The notes under the pieces are model-generated. The model was not told where the DNA came from. It saw only the letters and a list, made by a program, of their open reading frames with translations, and ran no database searches. Positions 1-14,500 of a stretch of 54,084 nucleotides of DNA are shown piece by piece. Positions within the stretch are counted from its first letter, which is position 1; each line of letters begins with the position of its first letter. The translations under genes and the position numbers were made by a program. The DNA is from Nemertoderma westbladi (Eukaryota > Animalia > Xenacoelomorpha): the NCBI GenBank assembly GCA_032718475.1, contig JAUCBJ010008805.1:1-54084 (forward strand). The letters are read 5' to 3'.

Positions 1-644
1 AATCGCTCTATGGATCCGAAGAATCCCTGCACATATCCTGCTGCCGACCTCTTCCAAACAGCTGGATCCATTGTATCTTTAGCCACTCCCATCCTGTGTA
101 TATCTTCCCAAGTAGCCTCGGACATATCAAACGGATGTCCGAGTCCGGGAAAGTTCCATTGTGATTCAACAATAGATATCAATTCTTCCCTGGCGTATCC
201 CGCGTAATTATCTTGGGTCGCTCGCTTATTCTTCGCCCAGTCGGCTTGATGTTCCTCCACCGCAATGAATATCGTAGTTAGCACTGCAGCGGGAAGGGTA
301 AGAAGGGGGTCCGAGTAGACTGTAGCAGCCATCTGCACTCCATGTTCGGGAGTCAGCTCTACAGTATCCGAACTGCTGGAGCTATCGGGTCGCTGGGAAG
401 TAGGTTCTTGACCAAGATGTTGCTGCGATAGGACAACTGCCTCTTGGTCCCGTTTTACCTGTGCCCGAGTACCTATGATGGACCTATGGTGGACTAGCCT
501 AGGGTCTGATACTACTGGAGGGATGACCTTTTTTACAGTAGGAGGTGAGCCGAACTTCTCTCTTATTCGCTCCACACTCCTATCTGAATCACAGATAGTG
601 GTCTCGATCAGACTGTCCGACAGGTTTTGCTGAGTGTCAGACAT
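1..644 (-). CDS. gag: Gag N-terminus of family B left copy (partial, runs off the window)
   Basis: ATG at 644-642 gives MSDTQQNLSDSLIETTICDSD..., homologous to ORF 50154. Confidence 0.85.
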   Translation of the reverse strand, partial: MSDTQQNLSDSLIETTICDSDRSVERIREKFGSPPTVKKVIPPVVSDPRLVHHRSIIGTRAQVKRDQEAVVLSQQHLGQEPTSQRPDSSSSSDTVELTPEHGVQMAATVYSDPLLTLPAAVLTTIFIAVEEHQADWAKNKRATQDNYAGYAREELISIVESQWNFPGLGHPFDMSEATWEDIHRMGVAKDTMDPAVWKRSAAGYVQGFFGSIER

Positions 645-1984
645 GTTTAGTTATACAGTTGAATGTCTACTACTATAGTTTCAGTTAAAGCAAGTCTAGT
701 AATTCAGTATGACCGCAAGCCTAGCGATTTATTACCGATACCGTTACTCAGTGTAACGTGATATATATACAATATATTAGAATACCAGTATGCTTATAAT
801 ATATAAGTATTATTACAGACTAGATTTGTCACAGAGTACCGGTATATAATTTTAGCACAAATATATATATATAGTAGGCCTATAATGAATACCGGTATAC
901 AGCTTACACTTATAGTATATAAGTATAATTCTGGACTAGAATTAATTACAGAGTACCGGTATGATTTCAGCTCAAATTTATAGAAATAAATATAATAAGC
1001 CTATGGTAAGTACCGGTATGTCAATTATTTTTATAATAATTGAGTTCCTGAATATTTTGGGGTTACTTAGTTACTTTAACTTACTTTATTAACGTTATTT
1101 AAGCAGTAGTCCAACTGATAGTGAGACCTAGTTGTCGTATGGCAGGCCTACTATTTATAAATCGTTTGAGTTGATTTATAATATGTATATACCCGTTTAA
1201 TGGGTTTGTCAATACTTGAAATAAATGTTATTATTTCTGGGGGTCACTACACAGAAGCTGAACGCTCTCAGTGAAGTGCTATTTATTTGACACTAAAACT
1301 GATAATTCTAATTTACCTAAGTTACTTAATACTACGAATTACTTACGATACGGGTGAGATTAATTCTCTAATTAAACACAACAAAATATTACGTACGAAT
1401 TTTTTAGGGTAATTTTGCAGGAAGTCTACAAACCAGTCTAACAAAGGGTTAGAATTCGGTTTATTACAACGGACAGGGTACTACGGTATTTGAAAATAAT
1501 AAGTAGTAGTAAATATATTGTACTGTCCAGATAGGAAAATACCACCGCCTGACGACCTATAACCGTATCGCTATAGGTACTACGTTATGTATCACGGATT
1601 GTTCCTACCCAGAAGTTAATAGAGCTAACGAATGTGCCTATCAACCACTTTACAACACAAATATACTGCCTACACTAATTACTTCGGAAGGCACTGTACT
1701 CTAAACCCTAAATTAGGTACAAGTACCGGTATAACAAATAATCAGTAGTTAAATATACTTGAACAGTTAAAAGAACCACGGCATCTGCTGGAGTGACCGA
1801 AGCACAAAGTCGTCAGTCTTTACCTACGCCAAGCAGCCCTGATGTAGTACCGGGGTTAGTTTAACTATAACGGTATGTATAACAAGCACAATTACTGTAG
1901 GAATAAACTTGGGGACATGAATGTTGCGAATAATCGCATAAACTCTGAATAATAAATATTACGCTACCCGTACAGAATACTCAA

Positions 1985-2520
1985 ACAAATACAAACCAAA
2001 CGCTGGCAGACTACTATTAAGCCTAAACAAACTACTGTATGTGCAGATTCTGAAACTGTTAGTTAGTATGCGTTCTAACACGGTAGTACGACTTACTCTT
2101 TAAGAGGGGATTGACCTTACCGCTTATGGCTGCCCCAACTTACTAACGGCACTTGATCAGACCAACTCTACACACGCAGCAATCCCTTCAGACCCAAAAA
2201 TAGCTAGACAACAATCCAGCCTACAAATATTTAAGTAATAACTATTACGGTACCTGAACAGACCACACAAACAAACACAGGCTAAAACACTGGCAGACTA
2301 CGATCAAGCCTAAATAAACTACGGTATATGCAGACTCTGAAACTGTTAGTTAGTATGCGTTCTAACACGGTAGTACGACTTACTCTTTAAGAGGGGATTG
2401 ACCTTACCGCTTATGGCTGCCCCAACTTACTAACGGCACTTTATCAGACAAACTCTACACACGCCGTAATCTCTCCAAACCCAACCACAGTCAGACAGCA
2501 GCTCAGCCTACAATTATCTG
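1985..2520. repeat. ~287-bp tandem duplication in the family B leader
   Basis: tgaaactgttagttagtatgcgttctaacacgg... at 2051 and 2338. The right copy has the equivalent duplication at 48403/48691. Confidence 0.85.
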
Positions 2521-4422
2521 AACAATCTGAGCAGGGTCACACGCCTTCTGCTCAATATTAGCCTACTAGGAAATAAAACCGACAGAAATAAGTAAGCTCC
2601 AAAAGAAACAAGGGGTGTACAGTCCCTAATCTCTTAGACAGCCTACCGGTATACAATAATCAAATCGAATAATACTAAATGTACTTGTACAGCAGTACCG
2701 GTACCGGTGATGACAGTTAGGCCTACTGACCTACAAAGTACCGGTTCAGTTTACCAGTCACTACGGTAGTTTGCAACCTTATTGCCTACTGCAATAAGAT
2801 TATAAACTGTTACTGTTCGTCAGAACAGTATTAAACTGTATTTAATGCCTACACTTGCAACCTTATTGCCTACTGCAATAAGATTATAAACTGTTACTGT
2901 TCGCGCTTTTGAAGACCTTTAGCAGTTTAACCTGCCAAAATTTATATGTCTTTTAGTTAATTAAAACCACTTTAGCATACGACAATAATTTATGCTAATA
3001 CGCAAAACATTAGCCGAAGTCAGCCCATGCGCGATCATTCACCCGATGGATCTACACCCGGGAGACTGAATTCGGATGCTTGAATTGTATTATTACAGTG
3101 TAAGGTTGCAGTGTATACCTAATGTATTATTCGATAGATCGTTAATAATTAATCTCTGACAGATATTATTGGCTTTCGGGAAATATTAACAGTTCCTTTA
3201 GGACGTGGCGCTTTATCTATTTAAACAGAACTAAGACTTATACTAAAACGCAACGATACTGCTTATGATTAAAGTATAAAGCGTATTCTTTAGGAAATAC
3301 TTTGTTACCAATCACGATCATACACACTATTCTGCCGACAGTCAGTACATTTGATCACACATAAAGAGAGCAGTAATTGACTCACGTAGGGTCTGCTAAA
3401 TAACATTGGATTCAATACACACCACATTAATATAAATCGCAATTGTTATGTATAGCCGGTCTCTCTAACCTGTAGTGTTATCAAGAAAATTGGGAATTGG
3501 GTGATTTATCCGTATTATCCAAATAGCAATATTTCCATCAACAAATAGGTACAATTAATAACTGACGGTAAAATAACAGTACAAACAATATGATTAATGC
3601 AATTAAATTAGGTAAGTAAAGTATCAAGGTGAGATGAGTGATTTAAGTCAGGTAACAGTTTATACTTTCGATAATTCAAGCAGTTTACTAGAGTTCTTCC
3701 CAAAATGCCGGTGTTTCTGGCTTAGACAGCAATAACAACAAAGTATCAAGAAAAAACAGTAAGACTGAACACTCTCCTTATGATCGACTAAAAGCTACAC
3801 GTCGACAGGAAAAATCGCTCTGATTGGCTCAAGCCAAACAAAGAACCTTGCATCTAATGGCTGTTTCCATGTCAGCAACCAGCTGCTAGATGTCGTAATA
3901 TGAATCATCACGGCTAAGCTGTGAAAGGTAGTTGGTGCATTACAGGTTTTTTGCCTTACCATGTCCGCCAAAACACGTATATAGCAGAATTACTTTTATG
4001 TCCGTTAAAACACCTGTAAAGGTACCTTGCGGGCGAGGGGAATATATATACAGTCCGAGAACCCTTTTAGAGTATTCCAGCGCCGGGGGGGGAACTGGCC
4101 AGCAAAGGCAAACGTATCAGTTATCCCACAAAAGCTTTTACATAGCCTACAGTATAGGCCTAGAGATAAGTAGGTGGAATCTCAACGTCACCATCGCATT
4201 GTATCAACATAGGGCAGCACAAATCAGTATTATTTATTACCTTTTCCTCATTACATTTCCCATTGTTCATTTTCATTCTACATTATTTTACCCGCGCCTA
4301 CTCCAACACTACTTCGAGTTATATAGAAACTGATGTTGTTAATTCCATATATTGTCTACATATATTACAGTCTTTTTATTAAATCACATATCAATATAAT
4401 ATGAAACTAAAAGTAATATTGT

Positions 4423-4425
4423 ATA

Positions 4426-4472
<47 letters not shown>

Positions 4473-5850
4473 TATACGATACATTTAACATTGCGGTAGA
4501 GTATGCTACGGCAAAGGCTACTGACTGGGCCCTAATCCCCAAAGAGTCCACCAGGGGATGGGCCAGCAGTTGCCAGGACAGACGCTGCGTTGCCCACCAG
4601 AATGGCCATGACGATACGCTGAAGTAGAAACCTGTGGTAGCGCGGTCATGCGTCAAGGTGTGGAGACGGGACCCAATCTCCTGGAGGAAGGAGGACGTCT
4701 CCGGACCGGGGCGCCCCAGGGTCTCGAACGCAACAGGGTGAAATATATGACCCCGCTCCATCACCTCCGCATATGTCAAGTTCTTTCCCTGTTCGGCTCC
4801 CTCTGCAGCGTGACCCCCTGCAATTAGCGTCTGTTGGAGGTGACTAGGGGCAAGGGGGTCAACCACTGTGGCATCCCAGGTTAGCATTCAACCCTGGGAC
4901 CAAGGCAGAAGTGTCACCCCATCTACACGCTTCCCGTCATTGCGGTGAGAGTCCTGATGGTTCCAGAATGGACGGAACCCCACAGCTGACCAATGCCCAT
5001 CTCACAATATCATTAACCATGGTGTGGTGAGGGAACCGGCCTGCGCTCCTTCGGCATGAGAGACCATGTAGACCATTGGACGCTACTGGGTTGCCACAAC
5101 AGTCGCAGATGTGGGGCTCTACCACCTTTTCTCCAAGGCGAATGGCGATGGCAATTCGAAACTGCGCATCACTTAATTTTAGCCCCAGAGCTGCACTTGG
5201 AAGAGCATCAAGCCAGCAGCCAGCGGTCGGGTGATCGAGGGAGTTCAGTCGAGCAAGGTCGAGAGTAGAAGCTACAAGACGGAGGGTGGCGAGGCTTTCT
5301 TGATGGATAGGTGCCATCCACACCCTCTGTGTTGACACAGTGGGTGGCGCTGAGTCAGGGGGGAGAGACACATTCCGTATAGTCATGGCTAATTCCAGTG
5401 CTGGGCTCGGCATCCCTGCGGAAGGGTACAAGCGGTTTGAAAGGGTTGAACATGCTGCCGCAGAAGCCAGGAAGGCAGAGGGTGCGAGCTGCACTGCTGA
5501 TCCCAAACCAAGACCGCCAACCCGTGCTGGTAGGCAAGCCTGGGCCCATGCTGGGTCACCAATTTCTGTATTGGCAACCACTTGAAGGGCACCACGAAGC
5601 ACTCGATCATAGTCCCTAAGAAGTGTGGGGAACCTAAAACATGGGGCAGCCTTAAGGAAGTACATCAGCCTGGGTATGGCAAATGAGTTCCTCAGGAGGA
5701 AAAAGCCGTGTTGTGCGTCAAGGAGTGGAAGGCGGCTAACTACAGTGGTGAGGTCGCCGACCTTGGCTGTGAGGCAAGAGGCAATGGCTGATTCTCTGAT
5801 GGGGGCGCCAAGAATGGTCAGCTGATCCAGCGGCGGGCATGGGACCACAA
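4423..5850 (-). mobile_element. 5'-truncated non-LTR retrotransposon with restriction-like endonuclease (CRE-clade-like) and (TAT)n tail
   Basis: ORFs 4937-5848 and 4384-4887: RT thumb region, C-x-C...GLHGLSC...HHxxVND zinc knuckle, DG..WDATV..K..Y..AFETLG endonuclease motifs. (AAT)n at 4423-4470 on the + strand. Confidence 0.8.
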
Positions 5851-6339
5851 TCTACATGGGACTACAATCTACATATTATTCGATATATTATAAGTATATT
5901 AATTCAATCTGGTATTTTAATTCAATTTGAAATTAATTCATAGAGTACTGTTTATCTAATCCCCTTTTCAATTTTGGTTTTTCAACTCGCGTTCGACTCA
6001 GTAGATGGAGTTATTTCATTTAGAATCCGACATATCTCAGGATCAGTTTGAGCCCAAAATGAAGAGCGTACAATGATTAGTTCTAATTTTAGGTTAGTTT
6101 GAGTAACAGCTGTCCAACGCAACGTTATGGACGGAACGTCAAGGGTGGAAAAAAATTCCACAATTATCAATCACACCACAAAATCATATTTTATCACTGC
6201 CATATGCTGTGCTGATATGTGCAAACCGGCAATGTACACATATAAATGACCAATTAATAACTCTGCCGTCAATAACTATAACTAACTTTTAAACTTTTCA
6301 TCATTTATAATGATTCAATTATTAATTATATGTTCAGAT

Positions 6340-7510
6340 ATTATAAGATATTATTATGTTTGGCATGAAAGGGTGAAAGCGACTGATTTGGCAGCCCACT
6401 GTGTAGAGGCTGGTCATATTCCACAATTCCATTTAATAAAAGCAGTAGCAAGAGAAAATGACTTACGTAGACGTAAAATACTAGAAAGCTTATGTATAGC
6501 GTCCCTGGGTGTCGAATTTGAGTTGCCTAAATGTGACAGTTGCCGAAACGCGACGTAACCCAACACTTATATTACGTTACCTGCTCACGCATAATTATTT
6601 TCGCGCTCTCGGCGCGATATATCTCCAGGTTCTCGAAGTCTCTATGGGGCAACTTCGGAGAAGCCTACTCAGTAGTATCGTATAAAAGCATTTTACAAAG
6701 AGCATTGCGTACATCCCTCTATAATTACAGAGTTTAAAACTTTAGTCGACGACAGCAGAGCCATCTACGACCGAATTCTTTCACAAATCGAAGTACAATC
6801 TTTGCACAACGCCCTAAACACCGCTTGCCACAAGCTTTACTCTACCAATGCGATACAGTTTACAATTGAATACAGTGGCGAAAAACTTAATTACCTTGAC
6901 GTCACAATACGCCACAGCAATACCGTCAAACTCGATACCACCATATACATGAAGCCCACCTCAAACAAACTACCAATCCACTTCACCAGCGTCCTAAGTA
7001 AAACAATGTTACTCAACATTGTCAAAGCACAACTTCTACGGTTCCGCAGACTCACCGACCACAATGTTGACTATGCCACCATACGCCACCAATAATCCTT
7101 AGAACAATGTGCAGGCCGTGATTACCCATTGGATTTCCTCCGCGAGATGTACCTATTTAACCCACATGTTAATATCCTCAATGTCCGTGACGCAGATGCT
7201 AAACTGAAACGGATTTTCCTACCCATCGCACCACTGTTCCATCCCACCGTCGCCCCACAAATAAGGCGCTGAAACTTGCTGCTACGCAACCTAAATGTAA
7301 CCATATCTCTCACACCCCACAATAACCCAAACCTTGGTAATCACCTATTGAGAAAAGCCCCACCACCTGGTCCCCCCGCGGTAGTGCTGGGGGCCGTTGC
7401 CTCACGTGTCCCACAATAGCTGATCACCGAAAGACCCATTGGGGGGAGCGAATTACAGGGTCCTTCAATTGCAAATCCCATAGCGTCGAATATTTCATCA
7501 CACATAAAGG
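6340..7510 (+). mobile_element. Penelope-like element fragments (GIY-YIG C-terminus, then RT C-terminus and start of GIY-YIG)
   Basis: LAAHCVEAGH...RKILESLCI at 6390-6500; IQFTIE..KLNYLDVTI..TTIYMKPT..QLLRFRR in ORF 6802; degenerate GSFNCKS..YFIT near 7460-7500. Confidence 0.75.
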
Positions 7511-7817
7511 TTGGCCGCTCTCTCTCCAGTGGGGATTATATTATATTATATATATTTATTTATTATTTGCAGTACAGTGAAAATATTGTAACTTAATAGA
7601 TCTATACAGTTATAAACACAGTGATAGTTGCAATACTGTAGACCTACAATATCGCCATTTATTTGATGTGCATTATTTTTATCAGCATTAGCAATTCATT
7701 ATTGTCTATATTGGGTTATTAAAAATCAAGCACAATAACCATTAACCACTGCATTAAATATAACGAATTAATATATATTAGGTCTGGTTGCCATGGAAAC
7801 ATGTACATGTACACTGA

Positions 7818-8150
7818 ACACTAGATTCACGATTGCCACTCTTTCTTGATAACTCTTCAATTATCCTTCTAAGTGCCAAAATGGGCTCCATGGTCCCACG
7901 ACCTTTACGGAACCCATTCTGATTTCCACGTAGCAGTCTCTCAATGGGATCCCTGATGCGATTTAATAGAATTCTATTGTATAGCTTTGCAGCAATCGAG
8001 ATCAATGAGATTCCCCGAAAAGAACCATAGAGTGTTAGGTTGCCCTTCTTGGGAACTGGCACCAACTTATTTGTTTTCATTTCATCTTGAACTGTCTTCG
8101 TTGTGTACGTAGAACACTCTGGTATGTTAAAGACCTCAGGGGGGACATCC
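7818..8150 (-). mobile_element. LINE (RTE-like) RT fragment
   Basis: PVPKKG..FRGISLISIAAKLYNRILLNRI..QNGFRKGR. Same family as 38950-39105. Confidence 0.8.
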
Positions 8151-8357
8151 TTGAGAGTATTATATTGTTACTGTAAAATATAAATAGAAAATTGGTCCAA
8201 ATCAGCCGCCATACCCCGTTTATAGTTCCTTAAACTGCGTTCCCTTTGTGTGAAGGTGATAAATTGGGAGGCGGTGACAGCGCTCTAAAGATCCAGTTTA
8301 ACATTTTGCTAACATCAATTAATATTTTAATTATGACCCTTTCACTTATATTTCTAG

Positions 8358-8512
8358 ATGGATACTTTACGACAATGAGTTTGACGGGGTTTATGATATT
8401 CTAGAACCAGGGAGTTATTCATCCGATCTCCTGTCTACTTCTCAGATAATGAGCTCTCTGAGATTCATACCAACACACGGAATCATGTTATTCTATGGGG
8501 ATTACTACACTG
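8358..8512 (+). CDS. Host exon: betagamma-crystallin Greek-key motifs
   Basis: tttctag|A TGG...; WILYDNEFDGVYDILEPGSY...SSLRFIPTHGIMLFYGDYYT; donor G|gtacgt. Confidence 0.8.
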
Positions 8513-11500
8513 GTACGTAACCCCAATATTATTTTAGATAACAGTACATTTTATAGAACCAGTAGTGTTAATATTCATCCCAACAATCAGAATTATATTA
8601 TTCTCTCAGCCTGACTACAAAGGTATGGAACCCAACAGTATGAGTTCTAGAATATGTGCCAGGTATCTAGCAGGAAGACAAGATTATTATCAACGAAATG
8701 GCTGAAGGTTTTCATTTCATACATTACTAAAATCAAAATGTTTTCATTTCAGCCCTAACTAGCAGTAGACTGGAGCATTAGATCTCTACCTACTAACTGT
8801 AGAAACGTTCCACAAAGAATAATCTATATTTCTAGTAAATAAATTCAAAGATTCAGCTTAAACGGATTAAAATCTAGGAAATGGGCAAGTTTATCACTTT
8901 CATACATTACATACTTTCATACAACAAGCGTTCAGACTGGAGTACTGCATACTAACTACCGTCCTCAGAAAGATAACGGATGTTTCCCATTATAGCGTCG
9001 ATTTTCCCTGGGGGGGGGTGGGGGGGGAATATATTGCATCGAAATTCCCCCTTCTTTCTTCTATCTATATGCCTCTTTTGCCATTATTGTAGGAGAAGCT
9101 GTAGTGTCCTGTAACAGTCCCCTAGTCAAAGTTGATGGGGAGGCATTCTCCAGGTGTAGCATACCAGACCTTGGAGTTTACGAGTTCAACAACGTCACTA
9201 AGTCTGTAGTTGTATCAGGAATTTTCCCATGGACAGCCTACAGGTAATTCAATACAGAATATGCAGTAATGTGGGGCGAGACACGTAGTCGGCGAGCCTT
9301 TGCATACGGTTCATATAGGGCAAATGGGGCATGTCCGTCTGTCTGTCTGTCCGTCTGTCTGTCTGTCCGTCTGTCTGGTAAATGTTTGAACGCGAATTTC
9401 TCGGCATCGCTCGTTCGGAATTGAACCAAACTTAGTAGGTAAGTAGTAGAGAGAAAGTTTAGAAAGTTTGTAAAGTTTGGTGAAAAATCATGCAGTCTGA
9501 CGTCAGCTACGACAGATTATGTGGTTTTTAGAAAATGTTAAATTTCTCGGGAAGGCCTCATTTTCCTGAGCTGAAATTTTGGTGGCCTGTAGAGAATCAT
9601 GAAGTCTATCTTTTACGAAATTGAAAAGTTAAGACATTTAATTGGGGATCCGCTAGAGACTCAGAAGTAATGACATAGGCCTACCGGTACGGTACTGCTG
9701 TACAGTGCTGCACTGGTAAGTACGAAATTGCAGAATAACAATTTGACACCACCTAGCGGATTAACATATGATTGTATATCGAATGAATACATTTATAGCA
9801 TGGGATATGGGGTCCAAACTAGACATGCCCCATTTGCTCTATATGAACCGTATGCCAAGGCTTGCCGACTACGTGCTGCGCGAAGTCCCCACGAACGTGT
9901 TATTATATAACTTATACTTTCTATTATAAATATCAGTAAGCGAGGGGTGAGTACACTACCAGCAGATTTACATCTCGTTGTGATGATGAAGGTAAGCACA
10001 TACTGTATCTGTGATTAATTCAGTGTGAGTTGGTGTTAGGGGTGTCCTAAACCCTCAGTCCCTTGTTGCTGGATAATATATATTTGGGACGCACATAGAC
10101 ATTAGTTATTCTTACTTCTACCGAAGAATAGGACATTTATCTACTGTAGCTGTATGTGAAGCTGTTTGGATTCGTTATAATTATTATATCACTATCAGTT
10201 AATAATAATATTAAATTTATTATCTCAATATAATAATAATAATACATACATTATTTTATTGTCTATAATAATAATATTTTTTTTTAAGGACTCATTATTA
10301 TTTATTAATTAAGAGATTAAAATTGTATATACAATTAAATATATAGCTGCACCAACCCAACATCCCACCACCAATCAGAACAATACAATTAAGACAAACC
10401 AATTAAACATACAATTAAAAATGGTGCACCGTGGATTAATACCGGTCTGCGAGGTCATTCCCCCGCAGACCCGCACCATCTCCAAAGCCCAGCGCCCTCC
10501 AGGGACGCCGGCCACCACGCCTACAGAGGGAGTTAGAGCGGAGGAGCGCGAACTGAAGCCGCCTCCGAACTCCCCCGAGAACGCAGGCTAGGCCACGTTC
10601 CCGCATCCCCTGCCGCCGAGCCACAAGGGTCTCAGCGAGGTGGCTGATGAAGATATCAGTCTCCTTTCGGAGTCTACCATCCCGTCGGTGGTTCCGACAA
10701 GGGGAGTGAAGGAGAACCTTCTGTCTTCGCACACCGCGCTGTAGTGCACCTTCTTGGCTCGGACTCTCTGCTCGAGGACAGAGTCTAAGGACCGGTGAGC
10801 ATATGAGGGGGCGTCAGCGTTTACAATCGCGATATCGAACGACGCCACCCTCTGCTCAGTCCAGACTCCCCTCGCCAGGAGATCCAGCCCTAACTCCCCC
10901 CACCTCGCGGCCCCTTCTGTCCAGGTAGCCGGTGCACAGCGTGACTTCACGCTGTACAAATGAACCACCAAAGGCAGAAGCGATGAGGTCCCCAAAGACC
11001 TCACGGACCTCATCGTGCCGCTTTATGATCAGGCCACCCGACTTACAGTTCAGGGCGTGGGTTGTCGAAAACGGCTCCCCACACCCCTCACACTTCGCCG
11101 GGAGGCCGGGCGGCGTGAGGCCGTACCTCAGCGCGAGGTTGTCGCGGAACAGCTCTGGGGCCAGGTCGGTGTTATCCACCACGGAGGGCTGCGCCGAAAG
11201 CCACCCACCCGTCTTGTGGGACACCGTACGGTCCACAGTACGGCGCCTTTCGGCGGGGACGGATTGGACGGCGGACTCCATCGCTGCCTTATAGGCAGCG
11301 TCCTGGGCGACACGACTAGTAGCCAACGCGGAGGCGAGAGGGGGTCCCGGATCCCGATCCCCCCATGGCGGACAGGGAGGAGGACCAGCTCCTCGTCCAC
11401 AGTTCCGGGGGAAGTCCCAAAGAGGGCCGGGATGAAGCGACGCAACAGTTCAGTGCGGATCGGCGCCAGATCATCATCAATATAATAATAATATTACATT

Positions 11501-14500
11501 TATTGTCTCTATCTAATAATAATTCTTGTTTTTTCTAATTCATGAAATTGTTTTTTGTTTTTTTTTGAAATTGTTTTGAAATTGATTTTATTATATTGAA
11601 TATTTTGTTGTAAAATATTTTAACAATATTTCTAGTCTACTTCGTATTGTTCACTAGTTAATCAATTAGCTGTTTTATAATTGCTTTTTAATTAAAAAAT
11701 CATTAGAATATCTTTCTAACCACAATTTCAGGGGTGTCAATTATGCAGGACAATCACCTGTTTCATTCAAACCTGGATACTATGGAACCGACTTGGAAAT
11801 CAACATCAGCTCAATCCATATTGTCTGCGAGGAAGCCAAGTCAAAACCATCACGTTAGTGGATGGTTTAGACTCGGTCAACTGTAATTACTGTATACTAA
11901 TTATTAGATTATTAAGGACATCGATTTTTAGTAGTTTGACCAGATGAGTGAATTACGTATTTTAGAATAATTTATAATTATTTATTTATATAAAATCTCT
12001 ATTAATTAATATTGGTTCCCTTTGCAGCGAGGGCGTGCAGAACAACATCTGGTGCGAGACCATATCGGAACTGCCGGTTCCCATTCATCTACGATGGAAC
12101 CGAGTACACAGATTGTCCGTTAATCGATAGAGAATCGAACTGGTGCGCCACTGAAGTCAGTGAGGATAGGACCTATGTTCCTGGGAACTGGGGCTACTGC
12201 ACACCTGATTGTAACGGTAAAGAATAGGAATGATCATGAAATTATTTCATATTTATGAAATATTTTTGACTTCTATTATAGACCTGATGCCCGCCTTTTT
12301 GTAACTTTTAATGAATTTGACTTATTGATAATCTTGGAAGTCAACAATTTGATATGCATACTGCACCAAAAAGCGAATAAGTAGAAAAAAAGTGTAAGAT
12401 ATATTATGGGTGGATTTGAATTGTAATGTTTTAAAAAAAATCATTTTTGACGCCCCTTAGCCGCCTAAAAGTTTAGCTCTAGGGGTTTTCCTGGTCGCGG
12501 AATCCATTTCGAGTATCAGTTTTAACATTTTATGACATCTAAATTGGCTGTCAGGCTGTCGGTTATTTTTTGAAGGACAGACTAACAGGCTTACAGACAG
12601 GAACGACGAGGCCAAAATGAATACTGATATCAGTAAGTCACGAACCAAGAAAACCCATATAGGAAACAGATAGTATGAATTACATTGTTTTGTAGACATA
12701 CTGACCGACAGACCGACAGTAAAACTGACAGACAGCAATATCCCGAGAAGTAGGACAGATCTTGTTAAACGGTTTTCATATTTGGAATCTGGATCAAAAT
12801 CTGCTCTAGATATTTGAAGAGACAGTAACAATACCTGCAATATCTTACTGTAAAGTTTGTGAATCAAATCATAAATCCGACCTTCTCACCAAAACAGTAA
12901 ACTCCAAGTACCGTAAGCGAATATATTGCAGTATTGGTCCCTTATAACCGGTGAGGCAGAAAACAGTCTACGAGCAGACAAACTTCGATAAAACAAAATC
13001 CCGCGCAGCGAATCCTAAAATCAGGCTGACTCACTGACGGACTAAGGGGCTCGTATACTTTGCCGCGGTGTGATTTATATGGTTGGGCGAAAGAGACGCT
13101 AGCTAGGTGCAGAGATTTGGAGATGTCTAACTAGCGGGCAAAGTGCAGTACGGACAAAAGTTAATTTTATATATTTTGAGGTGTAAATAATTTCTAACGC
13201 GCGCGTGTTAATTCTGAACAGTCAAAATCAGTTTTGCTCCTTCACATATATAATTACTGGGTACGGTGTGCATTTTACAAATATTCTAATTTTGTAACTT
13301 GTAGGTCCAATACTCACGAATAATAAGGCTCCTTCCCCTCTTGCGTATTTCCAGGACTCAAATTCAGGCATAAGGTTAATGCTACGCCCAGAATTCGGCA
13401 ATTTTTTAATTTACCAGGTCCCTAATACTAAGAAGAAATGTGTTAGTTTACTACAGTAGGCGTACGGTTACAAATATCTATCCTGGCTCTTATCTGGAAT
13501 TTTAGTCACCTAGGTAGGCTGGGTAACTTCCTATCAGGACGTTGGCGGGGACACGGTAGATGTTAGTATATCCCTAATAGCCTCAATTTATTTGCGCCTA
13601 GTCGTAAACTGCCCTACCGCCTGAACGGTACAATCCTAATTCAGGTGAAACACAGCAACCCTCCTAGCCTACAAGTTCTAATGCAATGGACACCGTTGTA
13701 CTACAAATAGTCGCAAACGCACCTGTACTTAGCAAGAGTTAGGCGTACAGTTTGCTGCACCCTACCAATGTGTATGCTTCGTACCGGTGTGCCTACGTCC
13801 TATCTGCGTACTAGTATCTGCCTGCTCTCTCTCCCCCCCCCGTAGGAATATGAAGGTCTACTGCGGTTTTTTCCTGAATCAAGACAGTACAGTCCCTAAG
13901 ATGTAATTTTAGGCGTACAGCGTGTCACTACTTCTACCTTTGATCTTTGGTCTTACGCTTAGGTAGCAAGGCATCGAACGCTGTCTAACCTTTCAGGCGA
14001 TGGGCGAATAACTAAGATGGTATTGCGGGTTGTCTCCTGTCTACATTCCCTTGATGTTCTCGTTCATTGCTGCGGCCCGATCTCTAGCCGGCCATCCTGT
14101 TCCTAAGTGTGTTCACCGTAGTGAATCATGGTGAAAAGAAAAGGCAGGTAGCGGTATTTCTGAGTTTATTGCAGATAATAATACAAAATGTAATCTGAAA
14201 ACTAATGACAGAATAAACAAAAATCAGATAACTCAGAATAATTGAATATATAATTGAATAACTAATGAACAAATCGCACCTTTATATAGCAAATTTGTGC
14301 TGCAATCAATCGAGAACATTCTATAATTATATTGGGTTTTTAAAGATAACCATTGGTCCAGCTAATATATAACTTGCACGACATTGGTTACAATCTAATA
14401 ACTGCAGTCTCATTGGTTAATCTAGGTACAGACAAATGTAATTTAATTTGTAGCGGTCAATTTAAATGAGTTGAAATTCTGTACAAAAAATAATTCGCAC

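Larger units (their letters stand above)
1..4142 (-). mobile_element. Bel/Pao LTR retrotransposon family B, left copy: 5' LTR, long leader and gag start; continues off the left edge
   Basis: Reverse complement aligns with 46650-~50800. The minus strand begins TGTAAAAGCTT at 4142, the same start as the right copy. Family assigned from the right copy's gag and protease. Confidence 0.9.

Noticed and set aside
4143-8357. 5' exons of the host gene
   Set aside because: I found no convincing phase-2-ending crystallin or signal-peptide exon; the region is TE fragments.
12012-12227. Stand-alone 71-aa FN2 ORF (likewise ORFs 32701 and 34619)
   Set aside because: These are internal exons. The ORF-track starts are intronic, and ORF 32701 is in the wrong frame.
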